NCBI GenBank assembly: GCA_965219445.1
Contig: CBDCNQ010000005.1
Coordinates: 1,056,001 to 1,120,000 of the forward strand
Source of the DNA: Longimicrobiales bacterium
GTDB taxonomy: Bacteria > Gemmatimonadota > Gemmatimonadetes > Longimicrobiales > Gaopeijiaceae
Direction of reading: 5' to 3'
DNA length: 64,000 nt
Part shown: positions 1 to 9,071 of the stretch, piece by piece
Position numbering within the stretch: position 1 is the first letter of the stretch
How the letters are laid out: every line of letters begins with the position of its first letter
Notes under the pieces: model-generated
Database searches by the model: none
The model's input: the letters and a program-made list of their open reading frames with translations, nothing else
What the model was told of the DNA's origin: nothing
Translations under genes and position numbers: made by a program

Positions 1-915
1 GAGTCGGAGCTTAGGGAGGCGCTTCGGCTGGAGGAGCTGGAGCGAAGAACCCGCTCGCTCCGTGCCCTTCCCGTGTCTCAGTCGTACCGGGACCCGAATG
101 CAGCTGCGGAGTCGTCCCAGGGCGATGGCGCAGGCACAGATGGCGCGGCCGACGCGGATGTGGCGCTCCTCGAGAACGCGGTCCAAGCGGCTCTCGCCTC
201 CTTCGAGCAGTCGCTCGGGGCGCTCGAGGGCGAGCTGGCGGCGGAGCAGCTTCTCCTCGGGTCCCCTGGCATCGCCGCTGCGATGGCGCCCGCGTCCGGG
301 CCGCAGGCCTCCCTCCGAGCGCACGGTACGGCTGAGCCGGTCTCTAGCGTCGCGTCCGCCGACCCGCCGGGTTGGGAGCGGATCCATGAGGGCTCGTTCC
401 TCGAAGGGGTGCTTCTCACTCAGCTCACGGGCGATTTCCCCGGACCGGTGCTCGCGACCGTCGCGGTGCCGTTCTATTCGGCCGACCGCCAGCGGGTCCT
501 GATCCCGCGCGGCTCACGCGTCGTCGGAACAGCCCGGGCCGTCCAGGACCCGGACCAGAGCCGGCTCGCCGTCGCGTTCCACCGGTTGCTCCTGCCCGAC
601 GGCAGCTGGATCGACCTCGAGTTCACGGGCCTGAACCAGGCGGGCGAAGGCGCGCTTCGGGACCAGGTCGACCGCCACTACTTCAGCACGTTCGCGGCCG
701 CCGGAGCTGTCGGTGTCGTAAGCGGACTCGCCCTGGCCGGCGGTTCGCCGTTCGGCCTGAGGGCGGGCGTCGGCCAGGGACTCGGCCAGAGCGCGACCTC
801 GGTTCTCGACCGGTTCCTGAACCGGCTACCCACGATCACGATCCGCGCGGGCCATCGCCTGCGCATCTGGTTCACCTCCGATGTCCTGGTCCCCAGGCCC
901 CGGACACGGCAATGA
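1..915 (+). CDS. virB10: TrbI/VirB10-family T4SS protein, 5' partial
   Basis: Frame is open from base 1. Contains VirB10 C-terminal motifs (EGSFLEGVLLTQL, LIPRGSRVVG, RLAVAFHRL, DQVDRHY, PTITIRAG). Confidence 0.85.
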   Translation, partial: ESELREALRLEELERRTRSLRALPVSQSYRDPNAAAESSQGDGAGTDGAADADVALLENAVQAALASFEQSLGALEGELAAEQLLLGSPGIAAAMAPASGPQASLRAHGTAEPVSSVASADPPGWERIHEGSFLEGVLLTQLTGDFPGPVLATVAVPFYSADRQRVLIPRGSRVVGTARAVQDPDQSRLAVAFHRLLLPDGSWIDLEFTGLNQAGEGALRDQVDRHYFSTFAAAGAVGVVSGLALAGGSPFGLRAGVGQGLGQSATSVLDRFLNRLPTITIRAGHRLRIWFTSDVLVPRPRTRQ

Positions 916-932
916 AACGAAAGGAGACTCTC

Positions 933-1841
933 ATGCAGATCCGAACCCTTACCACCGTCCTCCTGGTCTCGGTCCTGATGCTCGCGAGCGCAAGTCCGGC
1001 CAACGCCCTTTTCGACATCGGCGGCGTGATCCAGCGCGCCCAGATGATCGTGAACCAAGCGACCCAGATCGCGAACCAGATCCGCCAGATGCGGACCATG
1101 ACCCGCCAGCTCACCGAGCTCGAGGAGCAGCTCGACTACATGAAGGACGTCGCGCGGGGCGAAGTCGACGCGCTGATCGAACCGTTCGCCGAGCTGGCGG
1201 CCGGGTCCATCGGCCTCGTCGGCGACGGCCTCGGCTGGGGCTCCGAGTTCACCGGAGCAGCCGGAGAGCTGGTCGACGCTGTCCGTGACATGGGGAGCGG
1301 CGACTCGTTCACCGATGTCTGGCGGAGCGCCCAAGGTGTGGCCGACCAGGTGAGCGAGGCGGACATCCTCGAGCTGTTCCGTAACCGCCCGGCCGAGGCG
1401 TCGTCCCGCGCGGTGGAGGACTACCGCCAGGCCAAGGAGGCCGCCGACCGCCAGCGCGTGCTCGACTACGCGATGATGGACGCCGCGGCCTCGCTCGCCT
1501 CGACCGTCGAGAGCGCGCAGGGCTCGTTCGACGAGCTCACCGCGAACGGCAATCTGTCCAACACGGCACTCCAGCAGGCGCAGGTCGCGGCCGCGCTGAC
1601 GCAGGGCCGGATCAACGCCGCCGTGGCGCAGGTGCTCGCCTATCAAGCGGTCGAGCAGGCGAACCGGATGCAGCAGGCCGAGATCGACCGCCTCGAGCGC
1701 CTCGCCGAGTGGAGGGACGCACGCCTCCGTACGAACGCGATGGCCGATGCGATGCGGGCGGCCGCGTTCCAGAACCGCGACCGGCTCCGGGAAGGGCTCC
1801 TCTTCAAGATCCCGTCGTTCTACATGGGCGGCCAGGCATAG
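933..1841 (+). CDS. Secreted TrbJ/VirB5-like coiled-coil protein
   Basis: RBS aaggag at 921; signal peptide ending ANA; Gln-rich helical NQATQIANQIRQM; lies directly upstream of virB6. Confidence 0.6.
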   Translation: MQIRTLTTVLLVSVLMLASASPANALFDIGGVIQRAQMIVNQATQIANQIRQMRTMTRQLTELEEQLDYMKDVARGEVDALIEPFAELAAGSIGLVGDGLGWGSEFTGAAGELVDAVRDMGSGDSFTDVWRSAQGVADQVSEADILELFRNRPAEASSRAVEDYRQAKEAADRQRVLDYAMMDAAASLASTVESAQGSFDELTANGNLSNTALQQAQVAAALTQGRINAAVAQVLAYQAVEQANRMQQAEIDRLERLAEWRDARLRTNAMADAMRAAAFQNRDRLREGLLFKIPSFYMGGQA

Positions 1842-1859
1842 GCCCCGGGAGCGACTGTC

Positions 1860-2870
1860 ATGCAACTTCCTCCCCCCCAGTCGATCGATCCGAACGTCCC
1901 GGCCCAGATCCCGGCGGATCAGCTCCAGGACTTCAAGGGGTTCCTGGACATCGTGCTCGACACCGTGGTCGGCGGCGCCGCGCCCGACGTGCTGACGCTC
2001 GGCCACCAGCTGTGGGGCGGTCTCGCGGCGATCGTCGTCGCATGGAGCGGCCTCAAGATCGCGTTCAGCGGAACCTTCGAGCCCTGGTCCCTCGTGCGGG
2101 TCGTGCTCGCGGTCACGATCCCCCGGACGCTCCTCCATTACTACAGCGTCCCGATCCCGGGCGTGGGCTTCACGTTTCCGGCCATGGTGGCGGCTGGGGG
2201 GATCTGGCTCCAGAACCTGTTCATCTCCGATGTCGTGTCCGTCGGCTACACGGAGATGACCGCGCTGGTGCAGGCGTTCGCCGCACGGCTCGGCGCGGCA
2301 TGGTCGGGCGGGAGCCTGATGACCGTCGTGACCGAGGGCGTGAGCGTGTTCTTCTCGTCCCTCGTCGCGCTGATGATGGGCGTGCCACTCGTGCTCGGCC
2401 TCGTCGCGCTCTTCTGCCTGACCTACGCGCAGGTGATCTGGGCGCAGGTGGCGCTCGCGATCGTGATCCTCTTGGGCCCGGTGTTCATCCCCTGGCTGCT
2501 GTTCGAGCCGCTCGCGTTCCTGTTCTGGGGATGGTTCCGCACGCTCATGGTCTACACGCTCTACGGCGTCGTGGCCGGAGCGATCCTCCGTGTGTTCATG
2601 GGCGTGGGCATGGGCTACGTCACGACCTATACCGGCGCCTTGATGGGCACCGGCTCCTCCGACCCGGCCGAGCTCGGGCTCTGGGTCGTCGTCCTCCTCC
2701 CGCTCGTCGTCTCCGGCCTGATGGCCGGCATGAAGGTGGGCGAGCTCGCCGCGATGCTCGTCTCAGGGTCCGGGTCCGTCGGGTCGGGCATGATGGCGCT
2801 CGTGGTGCGCGGCGGCGGGCGCCTCAGCGCTGCCGCGAACCCGGCCCGCCCCCCAGTCCCCGGAGGCTGA
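1860..2870 (+). CDS. virB6: TrbL/VirB6-family polytopic membrane protein
   Basis: Multiple TM segments; LLGPVFIPWLLF..LAFLFWGW motif; Gly/Ser-rich tail. Confidence 0.8.
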   Translation: MQLPPPQSIDPNVPAQIPADQLQDFKGFLDIVLDTVVGGAAPDVLTLGHQLWGGLAAIVVAWSGLKIAFSGTFEPWSLVRVVLAVTIPRTLLHYYSVPIPGVGFTFPAMVAAGGIWLQNLFISDVVSVGYTEMTALVQAFAARLGAAWSGGSLMTVVTEGVSVFFSSLVALMMGVPLVLGLVALFCLTYAQVIWAQVALAIVILLGPVFIPWLLFEPLAFLFWGWFRTLMVYTLYGVVAGAILRVFMGVGMGYVTTYTGALMGTGSSDPAELGLWVVVLLPLVVSGLMAGMKVGELAAMLVSGSGSVGSGMMALVVRGGGRLSAAANPARPPVPGG

Positions 2871-2881
2871 AGGAGACGTCC

Positions 2882-3550
2882 ATGAACCGAGAACACGATG
2901 CCGGCCGCGAATACGCGGAAATCTGGGGCGAGACCGTCGAGGCGAACCGAAAGCTCCGGACGCTGGCGATGATCCTCGCCGCCGCGTGCCTCGCGCTCGC
3001 CGTGCTGCTCCTCCGCATCGCGACCGTCGAGCCGCCCCGCCCGATCGTGGTGCGGGTCGACGAGGTCGGCCGCGCCGAGGCCGTGGCCTACGAGGCCGCA
3101 ACGGCGCAGGCGGATCCGCTCGATCCCACGACCAAGTACTTTCTGAACCGGTTCATCTCCGACTTTTATTCGCGGCGACGGGCGACGGTCGAGGAGCACT
3201 GGACCCGGAGCCTCCGCTTCCTCTCGACCGAGCTGGCGAACGCCGCGTTCACGAGGGACGGCGCCGAGGTCGCCGCCATGGCGGCCGGCACCTCCGACAC
3301 CGAGCGCCAGGTCGAGCAAGTCGTGCTCCGCATCCACCCCGCACCGGAGGCTCCGCACGGCGCGACCGCCGACTTCGATCTCGTGCACCTGAGGCAGGGG
3401 CAGGAGACCCTGAGGGAGCGGTGGTCGCTCACGCTCCGGTTCACGTTTCTCACCGTCATCCCCTCCGAGCTCGTCGTCTACAACCCGATGGGCATCCTGA
3501 TCACCTACCTTCAGGCCGACCGGGCCCTGGTCACGGAGCCGCCCAGGTGA
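2882..3550 (+). CDS. virB8: VirB8/TrbF-family protein
   Basis: RBS aaggag at 2870; single N-terminal TM; PIVVRVDEVG; C-terminal NPMGILIT (NPxG motif). Confidence 0.85.
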   Translation: MNREHDAGREYAEIWGETVEANRKLRTLAMILAAACLALAVLLLRIATVEPPRPIVVRVDEVGRAEAVAYEAATAQADPLDPTTKYFLNRFISDFYSRRRATVEEHWTRSLRFLSTELANAAFTRDGAEVAAMAAGTSDTERQVEQVVLRIHPAPEAPHGATADFDLVHLRQGQETLRERWSLTLRFTFLTVIPSELVVYNPMGILITYLQADRALVTEPPR

Positions 3551-4482
3551 TCGCGCATCTGCGGGGACGGGAAGCGGCGCTCGAGCCGTTCGGTTGGACG
3601 GGACGCCAGGCCGAGTGGATCGCGCTGGCCTGTCTCCACAGCGGCGTGTTCACCCGCGCCCAGCTCTCCGCCTATCTACGGATCGATCGCTGGCAGGCTC
3701 TTCGGTTCGTCCGGGCCATGTCGGAGCGAAGGCTGGCAGCCGACGAGACACTGGAAGGCCGGAAAGTCTGCCGGATCTGCGGGCGCGGGATCTACCGCGC
3801 GCTCGGCGCCGAGGACATCCGCCACCGCCGGGCTGCTTCCGATGAAGTGCTCCTGCGGCGCCTGCTCTCGCTCGACTACGTGCTCGAGCACACCGGCTTG
3901 TCGTGGCTGCCCACCGAGATGGAGAAGGTCGGCGCGTTCGAGGCGCTCGGCATCGAGCGCCGGCTCCTGCCCTCGCGGCTCTACCGCGGAGCCGCCGGCA
4001 ACACGCGGCGTTACTTCCCAGTCAAGCTGCCGGTCGCGCTCGAAGCCGAGCGCGCCGTGTTCGTCTACGTCGATCCCGGACACGATACCACGACGGCGCT
4101 CCGCTCGTGGGGCGAAGCGCACCTGGGCCTCTGGCAAGCGCTGCGGGAGCGCGGCCGATCCATCGAGGTCGTCGCCGTCGTCCGCACCCGGAAGGAAATG
4201 GACCGAGCCGGGACGATCCTCGAGAACTGGACCAACACATCTACAGCATCCGGCCCCTCCGCCGCTCCGGAACCCGACAGTGCGGCTCGCCGCGAGATCG
4301 CCCGAATCGAGCAGGCCATCCGCGCCAAGGATGAGCGGGTGCTCAAAGAGTATGGCGACCTGCAGGCCTGCCTCAAGCGGATCGTTGAGCTGAACGACGT
4401 CCACCGATCCTCGACTCCCGGAACGTTGATCCACGGCTTCGCGACATGGCGCTCGAGACGGCTCCCTGGAGGTGGATTTTGA
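3547..4482 (+). CDS. Hypothetical ICE protein, possible N-terminal winged helix
   Basis: GTG start overlaps the virB8 stop (GTGA); globular, protein-like composition; SGVFTRAQL segment. Confidence 0.7.
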   Translation: MIAHLRGREAALEPFGWTGRQAEWIALACLHSGVFTRAQLSAYLRIDRWQALRFVRAMSERRLAADETLEGRKVCRICGRGIYRALGAEDIRHRRAASDEVLLRRLLSLDYVLEHTGLSWLPTEMEKVGAFEALGIERRLLPSRLYRGAAGNTRRYFPVKLPVALEAERAVFVYVDPGHDTTTALRSWGEAHLGLWQALRERGRSIEVVAVVRTRKEMDRAGTILENWTNTSTASGPSAAPEPDSAARREIARIEQAIRAKDERVLKEYGDLQACLKRIVELNDVHRSSTPGTLIHGFATWRSRRLPGGGF

Positions 4483-4756
4483 ACGCGGATCGGCGAGGGT
4501 CGGTGCTGATCGGCGAGTGCACAACAGACAACGGGGTGCATGTGCACCGAAACGCCATTTTCATGTGCGCGCCAGCGCTTCCTTATGTGGCTGCCTGTCT
4601 TACAGTTGCGGCACGGCCGCCGGAGCTGCGACGCCGCTCCGGAGCTTTCGGCCGAAGAAGGGAGCGACCCCCCCTTTCGGGATGCCTCGATCGGCATCGG
4701 GGAGGGTGCGCATGTGCACGCCCATGCCACCCTCCCACGGGGGGTCGCTCCCAGCC

Positions 4757-6832
4757 ATGGATCCCTACGGGAAGGTTGTCAGAGCGATGCTGAGGCCGGC
4801 GACGCTCGTCCTCATGGGCCTCGCCGCGGCGGCCGCGATCGCCCACGCCTTGTGGGCGCCGTTTCCCGCCAGCGGCGGCAACCCCGTGCTGGACTTGATC
4901 GCCTACCACGATCCGGGCTTCCACACGGTGATCCGCGTCTGGTACTACGCGGCGCCCGCCGTCGCCGTGGTGCTCTTCGGCAGCCTCGGCCTCTCGGTCT
5001 GGAGAGTCTGGCTGCAGCCCAGGGCGGGAGGCGGCAGCAAGGGCAAGCTGCCTCCGTGGCCCGTGTCGCCGAACGACGCGGCACCCTCGCTCGTGATCGG
5101 CGAGCTGCACCACCCGACCGTTCCGTGCGAGAGCGAGCGGCCCTCCTGGCTCGTGATCCCAGAGACGGGCCTCTACACCGGCGTCCTCATCGTCGGCGCC
5201 GTGGGCTCCGGCAAGACCTCGGCCTGCATGCACCCGTTCGCCGAGCAGCTCCTCTCCTGGCAGGCCGACCGGCCCGCACGCCGGGCCAGCGCCTTGGTGC
5301 TAGAGGTCAAGGGCGACTTCTGCCACGACGTGCGGAGGATCCTCGAGAACGCCGGCCGCGCGGACGACTACCTGGAGATCGGCCTCGACGGCGCCTGGCA
5401 GTGGAACCCGCTCGACGATCCGCTGCTCGACACTTACTCGCTCGCCTACAGCGTCTCATCCCTGATCAACCAGCTCTTCGGCAAGAGCCGCGAACCGTTC
5501 TGGCAGCAAGCCTACACGAACCTCGTGCGCTGGATCATCGAACTGTACCGGCTCCTGCCGGGGGGCTGGGTCACGCTGCAGGACGTCTACCGCTGCACGA
5601 TCGACGCGGAGCTGTTCGCCGAGAGAATCCGCGCGGCCCAGGACCTGGTGGCTGAGGCGTGCCCGGCGCGCGTCGTCATCTCCCACGACGACATGATCGG
5701 CCATCCGGAAGCGCTGAATGACTGGGTCTGGATATATACCTCCGGTGAGGACACGGTGACGTGCCGGCTCGACCCGGTCCTCCGGGATCGGCTCGCCGAG
5801 CTCAAGATCCCGTTCGAGACCGAGGAAGGCGAGAGCGGCGCAGGCAGCGAACTCAGGGACCAGGTGGAGGCGATCGAGCGCTGGTACCTGAACGATTGGA
5901 TGGCACTCGATGCCAAGCTCCGCACTTCGATCGTGGAAGGCATCTCGGTCTTCCTGTCGCTGTTCGATCAGCCGCGAGTCGCGAGCATGTTCTGTCCGCC
6001 GCCTCCGGAGCCGGATGAATCTACATCTATACATATAGGTGACGGTGCGCCCGGCGAGGACGACGCGGCCGTCCGGCCCGTGCCGGGCCTACGCCGCCGG
6101 CTGCCGCCGCTCACGGAGCTGATCGAAGGGGGCCGGGTCCTGGCCCTCAACATGCCCGCGGGCGCGAACCCGGCGCTCGGCCGCGCTATCGGCGTGCTCC
6201 TGAAGAACGCCTGGATGCAGGCGCTGCTCCGGCGGCCCGCCGAGCTCGCGCGCCGGCCCGGACGCTACCTCCGGCCCGCCGTGTTCATCTGCGACGAGTA
6301 CCAGGCGTTCGCCACCGTGGGACAGGACGACCCCGCTGGCGACGAGAAGGCGTTCGCGCTGACGCGGCAATGCCGCTGCATCCCGATCGTCGCGACGCAG
6401 TCGATCTCCTCGCTCCGCTCCGTGCTGTCGGGCACGGAGGCGTGGCGCACCCTGGTCCAGACGCTCCGCACCCGGATCTTCCTGTCCTTGAGCGACGAGT
6501 CCTCGGCCAGGATCGCCTCGGAGATGTGCGGCAGCGTCATGAAGACGCAGCCCTCCTACACGTTCACCGAGACCACGGGACGCCCCGAGTTCTCGCTCTT
6601 GTCCGGGCGAGCCGGAGGCGGACGGGGCACGATCGGCGCGAGCAAGTCGTTCCGGCAGGCACGGGAGCCGGTGTTCACGCCTCGGGACTTCAGCCTCCTC
6701 GCCAACTATCAGGCGATCTGCTTGCCCTACGATGGTACGAAGTCCCTGCCGGCCCGGCGCGTCTATCTGAAGCCCCACTACCTGCCGCGCGAGAGGGGCT
6801 ACTGGCGCCTTCGCGAGGAGGGCCGCCTATGA
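4757..6832 (+). CDS. virD4: Type IV coupling protein (VirD4/TraD-like)
   Basis: Two N-terminal TM segments; Walker A GAVGSGKT; LVLEVKGD; Walker B FICDEYQ; IVATQS. Start is 4757 or 4787. Confidence 0.85.
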   Translation: MDPYGKVVRAMLRPATLVLMGLAAAAAIAHALWAPFPASGGNPVLDLIAYHDPGFHTVIRVWYYAAPAVAVVLFGSLGLSVWRVWLQPRAGGGSKGKLPPWPVSPNDAAPSLVIGELHHPTVPCESERPSWLVIPETGLYTGVLIVGAVGSGKTSACMHPFAEQLLSWQADRPARRASALVLEVKGDFCHDVRRILENAGRADDYLEIGLDGAWQWNPLDDPLLDTYSLAYSVSSLINQLFGKSREPFWQQAYTNLVRWIIELYRLLPGGWVTLQDVYRCTIDAELFAERIRAAQDLVAEACPARVVISHDDMIGHPEALNDWVWIYTSGEDTVTCRLDPVLRDRLAELKIPFETEEGESGAGSELRDQVEAIERWYLNDWMALDAKLRTSIVEGISVFLSLFDQPRVASMFCPPPPEPDESTSIHIGDGAPGEDDAAVRPVPGLRRRLPPLTELIEGGRVLALNMPAGANPALGRAIGVLLKNAWMQALLRRPAELARRPGRYLRPAVFICDEYQAFATVGQDDPAGDEKAFALTRQCRCIPIVATQSISSLRSVLSGTEAWRTLVQTLRTRIFLSLSDESSARIASEMCGSVMKTQPSYTFTETTGRPEFSLLSGRAGGGRGTIGASKSFRQAREPVFTPRDFSLLANYQAICLPYDGTKSLPARRVYLKPHYLPRERGYWRLREEGRL

Positions 6833-7812
6833 AGCGCGCGAGCGGGATCGGGCATCTGAAGCCGTTCCTGCCCGGACTCGAGGCCGTGCTCGAAGATCCG
6901 GAGGTCTCCGAGCTGATGATCAACGGCCCCGGCAACGTCTGGGTCGAACGCAGCGGGGAGCTCGAGCCCATCGAGACACCGGCGCTCACCGCCGCCGCGC
7001 TCCACCGGGCGGCCATCCACATCGCGCGCCCGCTCGGGCTCGATCCGGCCACACGGCCCATCCTCGACGCGCGGCTCGACGACGGCTCCCGCGTGGCCAT
7101 CTGCACTCCGCCCGCCAGCCCCCACGTGGCTATGACGATCCGCCGGTTCGGGGGCCGTGCGTTCTCTGCCGCCGACCTCGTCAGCCTGGGCTCCCTTCCC
7201 GAGGAGGTGTTCCGCGCTGCCCGGAGCGCGCTGCGGGCTCGGCGCAACATCCTGGTCTCCGGAGGCACCGGCTCGGGGAAGACCACGCTGCTGAACGCGC
7301 TGATCGAGCTGCTCCCCGAGGAGGAGCGGATCGTGGCCATCGAGGACACGCTCGAGCTCCGGATCGACCGGACCAACTGCCTGCGCTTCGAGGCCGGGGC
7401 GGTGGGCTCCGAGGCGCCCGTGTCGATCCGCGACCTGGTCCGCCACGCGCTCCGCCACCGGCCCGACCACATCGTCGTCGGCGAGGTCAGGGGCGGCGAG
7501 GCCGCCGATCTGCTGCAGGCGCTGAACACGGGCCACGGCGGATCGCTCACCACCGTGCACGCCAACAACGCCCGCTCGGCGCTCTCGCGCCTGGCCAGCT
7601 GCGCCATGCAGGCCGGAGGGGCGCTCCCCTGGGAGGTGACCTGCCGGGGCGTGGTCGACGGCATCCATCTCGTCGTCCACATGACCCGGCGAGGGGGCCG
7701 ACGGTTCGTCGAGGAGGCGATCGGGGTCCGGAGCTACGACTCGGCTGCCAATCGCTGGCTCACGGAGACGATATGGAGGAAGGACGATGAAGAACAAACA
7801 GAAAAGGAGTGA
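6829..7812 (+). CDS. virB11: VirB11/TrbB/CpaF-family secretion ATPase
   Basis: ATGA overlap with virD4; GGTGSGKTT, IEDTLEL, RPDHIVVGEVRG, NTGHGGSLTTVHAN. Confidence 0.9.
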   Translation: MKRASGIGHLKPFLPGLEAVLEDPEVSELMINGPGNVWVERSGELEPIETPALTAAALHRAAIHIARPLGLDPATRPILDARLDDGSRVAICTPPASPHVAMTIRRFGGRAFSAADLVSLGSLPEEVFRAARSALRARRNILVSGGTGSGKTTLLNALIELLPEEERIVAIEDTLELRIDRTNCLRFEAGAVGSEAPVSIRDLVRHALRHRPDHIVVGEVRGGEAADLLQALNTGHGGSLTTVHANNARSALSRLASCAMQAGGALPWEVTCRGVVDGIHLVVHMTRRGGRRFVEEAIGVRSYDSAANRWLTETIWRKDDEEQTEKE

Positions 7813-7816
7813 GGCC

Positions 7817-8017
7817 ATGGAAAGCGACGAAAAGATCGTCCGCGTCGAGTCGCTCGACGACTTCGACCGCGAGCTCGCGCGGGACGGCGGTGAGGCCCTT
7901 GAGGTGCCAGCATCGCTGGCCGAGCAGTACGGCCTCTTCTCCGAGGACGTGGGCACCGAGGACGAGATCCGAGACGCCTCGGAGGATCCGCACGGCCCCG
8001 AGGAGGAAGAGCTATGA
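7817..8017 (+). CDS. Small, highly acidic hypothetical protein (66 aa)
   Basis: RBS aaggag at 7804; stop overlaps the ardC start (ATGA); 24 D/E versus 5 K/R. Confidence 0.65.
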   Translation: MESDEKIVRVESLDDFDRELARDGGEALEVPASLAEQYGLFSEDVGTEDEIRDASEDPHGPEEEEL

Positions 8018-9048
8018 AACACGACGAATATCACCGCCAGTTCGCCGATGCGATCATCGAGCAGATCCGCCAGGGCACGGCACCGTGGCAGAAGCCCTGG
8101 GGACCGGGCGAGCGCGTGCTCCCCGCGAACGTCGATACGGGACGCTCCTACTCGGGCGGCAACAGCCTGCACCTGGCCGCCGTGGCCCAGTCACGCGGCT
8201 ACGCCGACGTCCGCTGGGGAACCTACCTCCAGATCCAGGCCCGGGACGGCCAGGTGCGGAAAGGCGAGCAGGGCACCCGCATCCTCTCATTCCAGGACCA
8301 CCGGAAGATCGCCGTCACCGACGAGCGCGGCCGGCCCGTCAGGGACAACGAAGGCAAGCGCGTCTACCGCCACGAGCGGCTCCCCACGCCCGTCGTCCGG
8401 CAGTACACCGTCTTCAACGCCGGGCAGGCCGACGGACTGCCGGCTCGGCCCACGCCCACTGCCGAGCCGCTCTGGAAGGTGCACCAGCAGGCCGAGAGGG
8501 TGCTGGAAGACAGCGGAGTCCCCGTCCGCCACGTGGCGGGAGACCGGGCGTTCTACAACCTGAACCGCGACGAGATCGTGCTCCCCGAGCGCGTGCAGTT
8601 CCCCTCGGCCAACCACTACTACCAGACCGCCCTGCACGAGCTGGGGCACAGCACCGGCCATCCGGAACGGATGAACCGCCCAACGCTGATCGAAGGGATC
8701 GGCGAAGGGTTCGGCTCACCGGCCTATGCGAAGGAGGAGCTACGGGCGGAGATCAGCGCAATGATGACGGGCGAGCGCGTGGGCGTCGGCCACGACCCGA
8801 GCCGGGGGGCCGCCTACGTCGAGGGCTGGATCCAGGCGCTCGAAGAAGATCCCCGGGAGATCCGCCGCGCCGCGGCCGACGCGCAGAAGATCTCCGACTT
8901 CGTGCTCACCCGAAGCCGCGAGCGCGCGGCCGAGCGCGAGCCCACTCCGGTGGCCGTGGCCGCGTCCCGCGCGCCCGCGCCCGGCCGCGCCGTTCACCCC
9001 GCGCCGCCGCTTCCGACGCCTGAGCGTAGCTTCGGGCCGCGCCGCTGA
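8014..9048 (+). CDS. ardC: ArdC-like ssDNA-binding antirestriction protein (DUF1738 plus zincin-like domain)
   Basis: APWQKPW, YSGGNSLHL, WGTYLQ..VRKGE, YTVFN, HELGHSTGHPER, YAKEELRAE. Confidence 0.9.
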   Translation: MKHDEYHRQFADAIIEQIRQGTAPWQKPWGPGERVLPANVDTGRSYSGGNSLHLAAVAQSRGYADVRWGTYLQIQARDGQVRKGEQGTRILSFQDHRKIAVTDERGRPVRDNEGKRVYRHERLPTPVVRQYTVFNAGQADGLPARPTPTAEPLWKVHQQAERVLEDSGVPVRHVAGDRAFYNLNRDEIVLPERVQFPSANHYYQTALHELGHSTGHPERMNRPTLIEGIGEGFGSPAYAKEELRAEISAMMTGERVGVGHDPSRGAAYVEGWIQALEEDPREIRRAAADAQKISDFVLTRSRERAAEREPTPVAVAASRAPAPGRAVHPAPPLPTPERSFGPRR

Positions 9049-9071
9049 CGAGAGGGGGAGGAGCCGAGGAG

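Noticed and set aside
678..2138. Long antisense or alternate-frame ORFs (also 15707-17557, 18905-20314, 22341-23642, 61953-63356)
   Set aside because: Shadow ORFs of recognisable genes in GC-rich DNA; Arg/Pro/Gly-rich with no motifs.
1709..2881. Long N-terminal extensions in the ORF track (virB8, 2986 ORF, virB11, TMTC, integrase)
   Set aside because: They overlap upstream genes or non-coding DNA; downstream starts have an RBS, a stop/start overlap or a better family fit.
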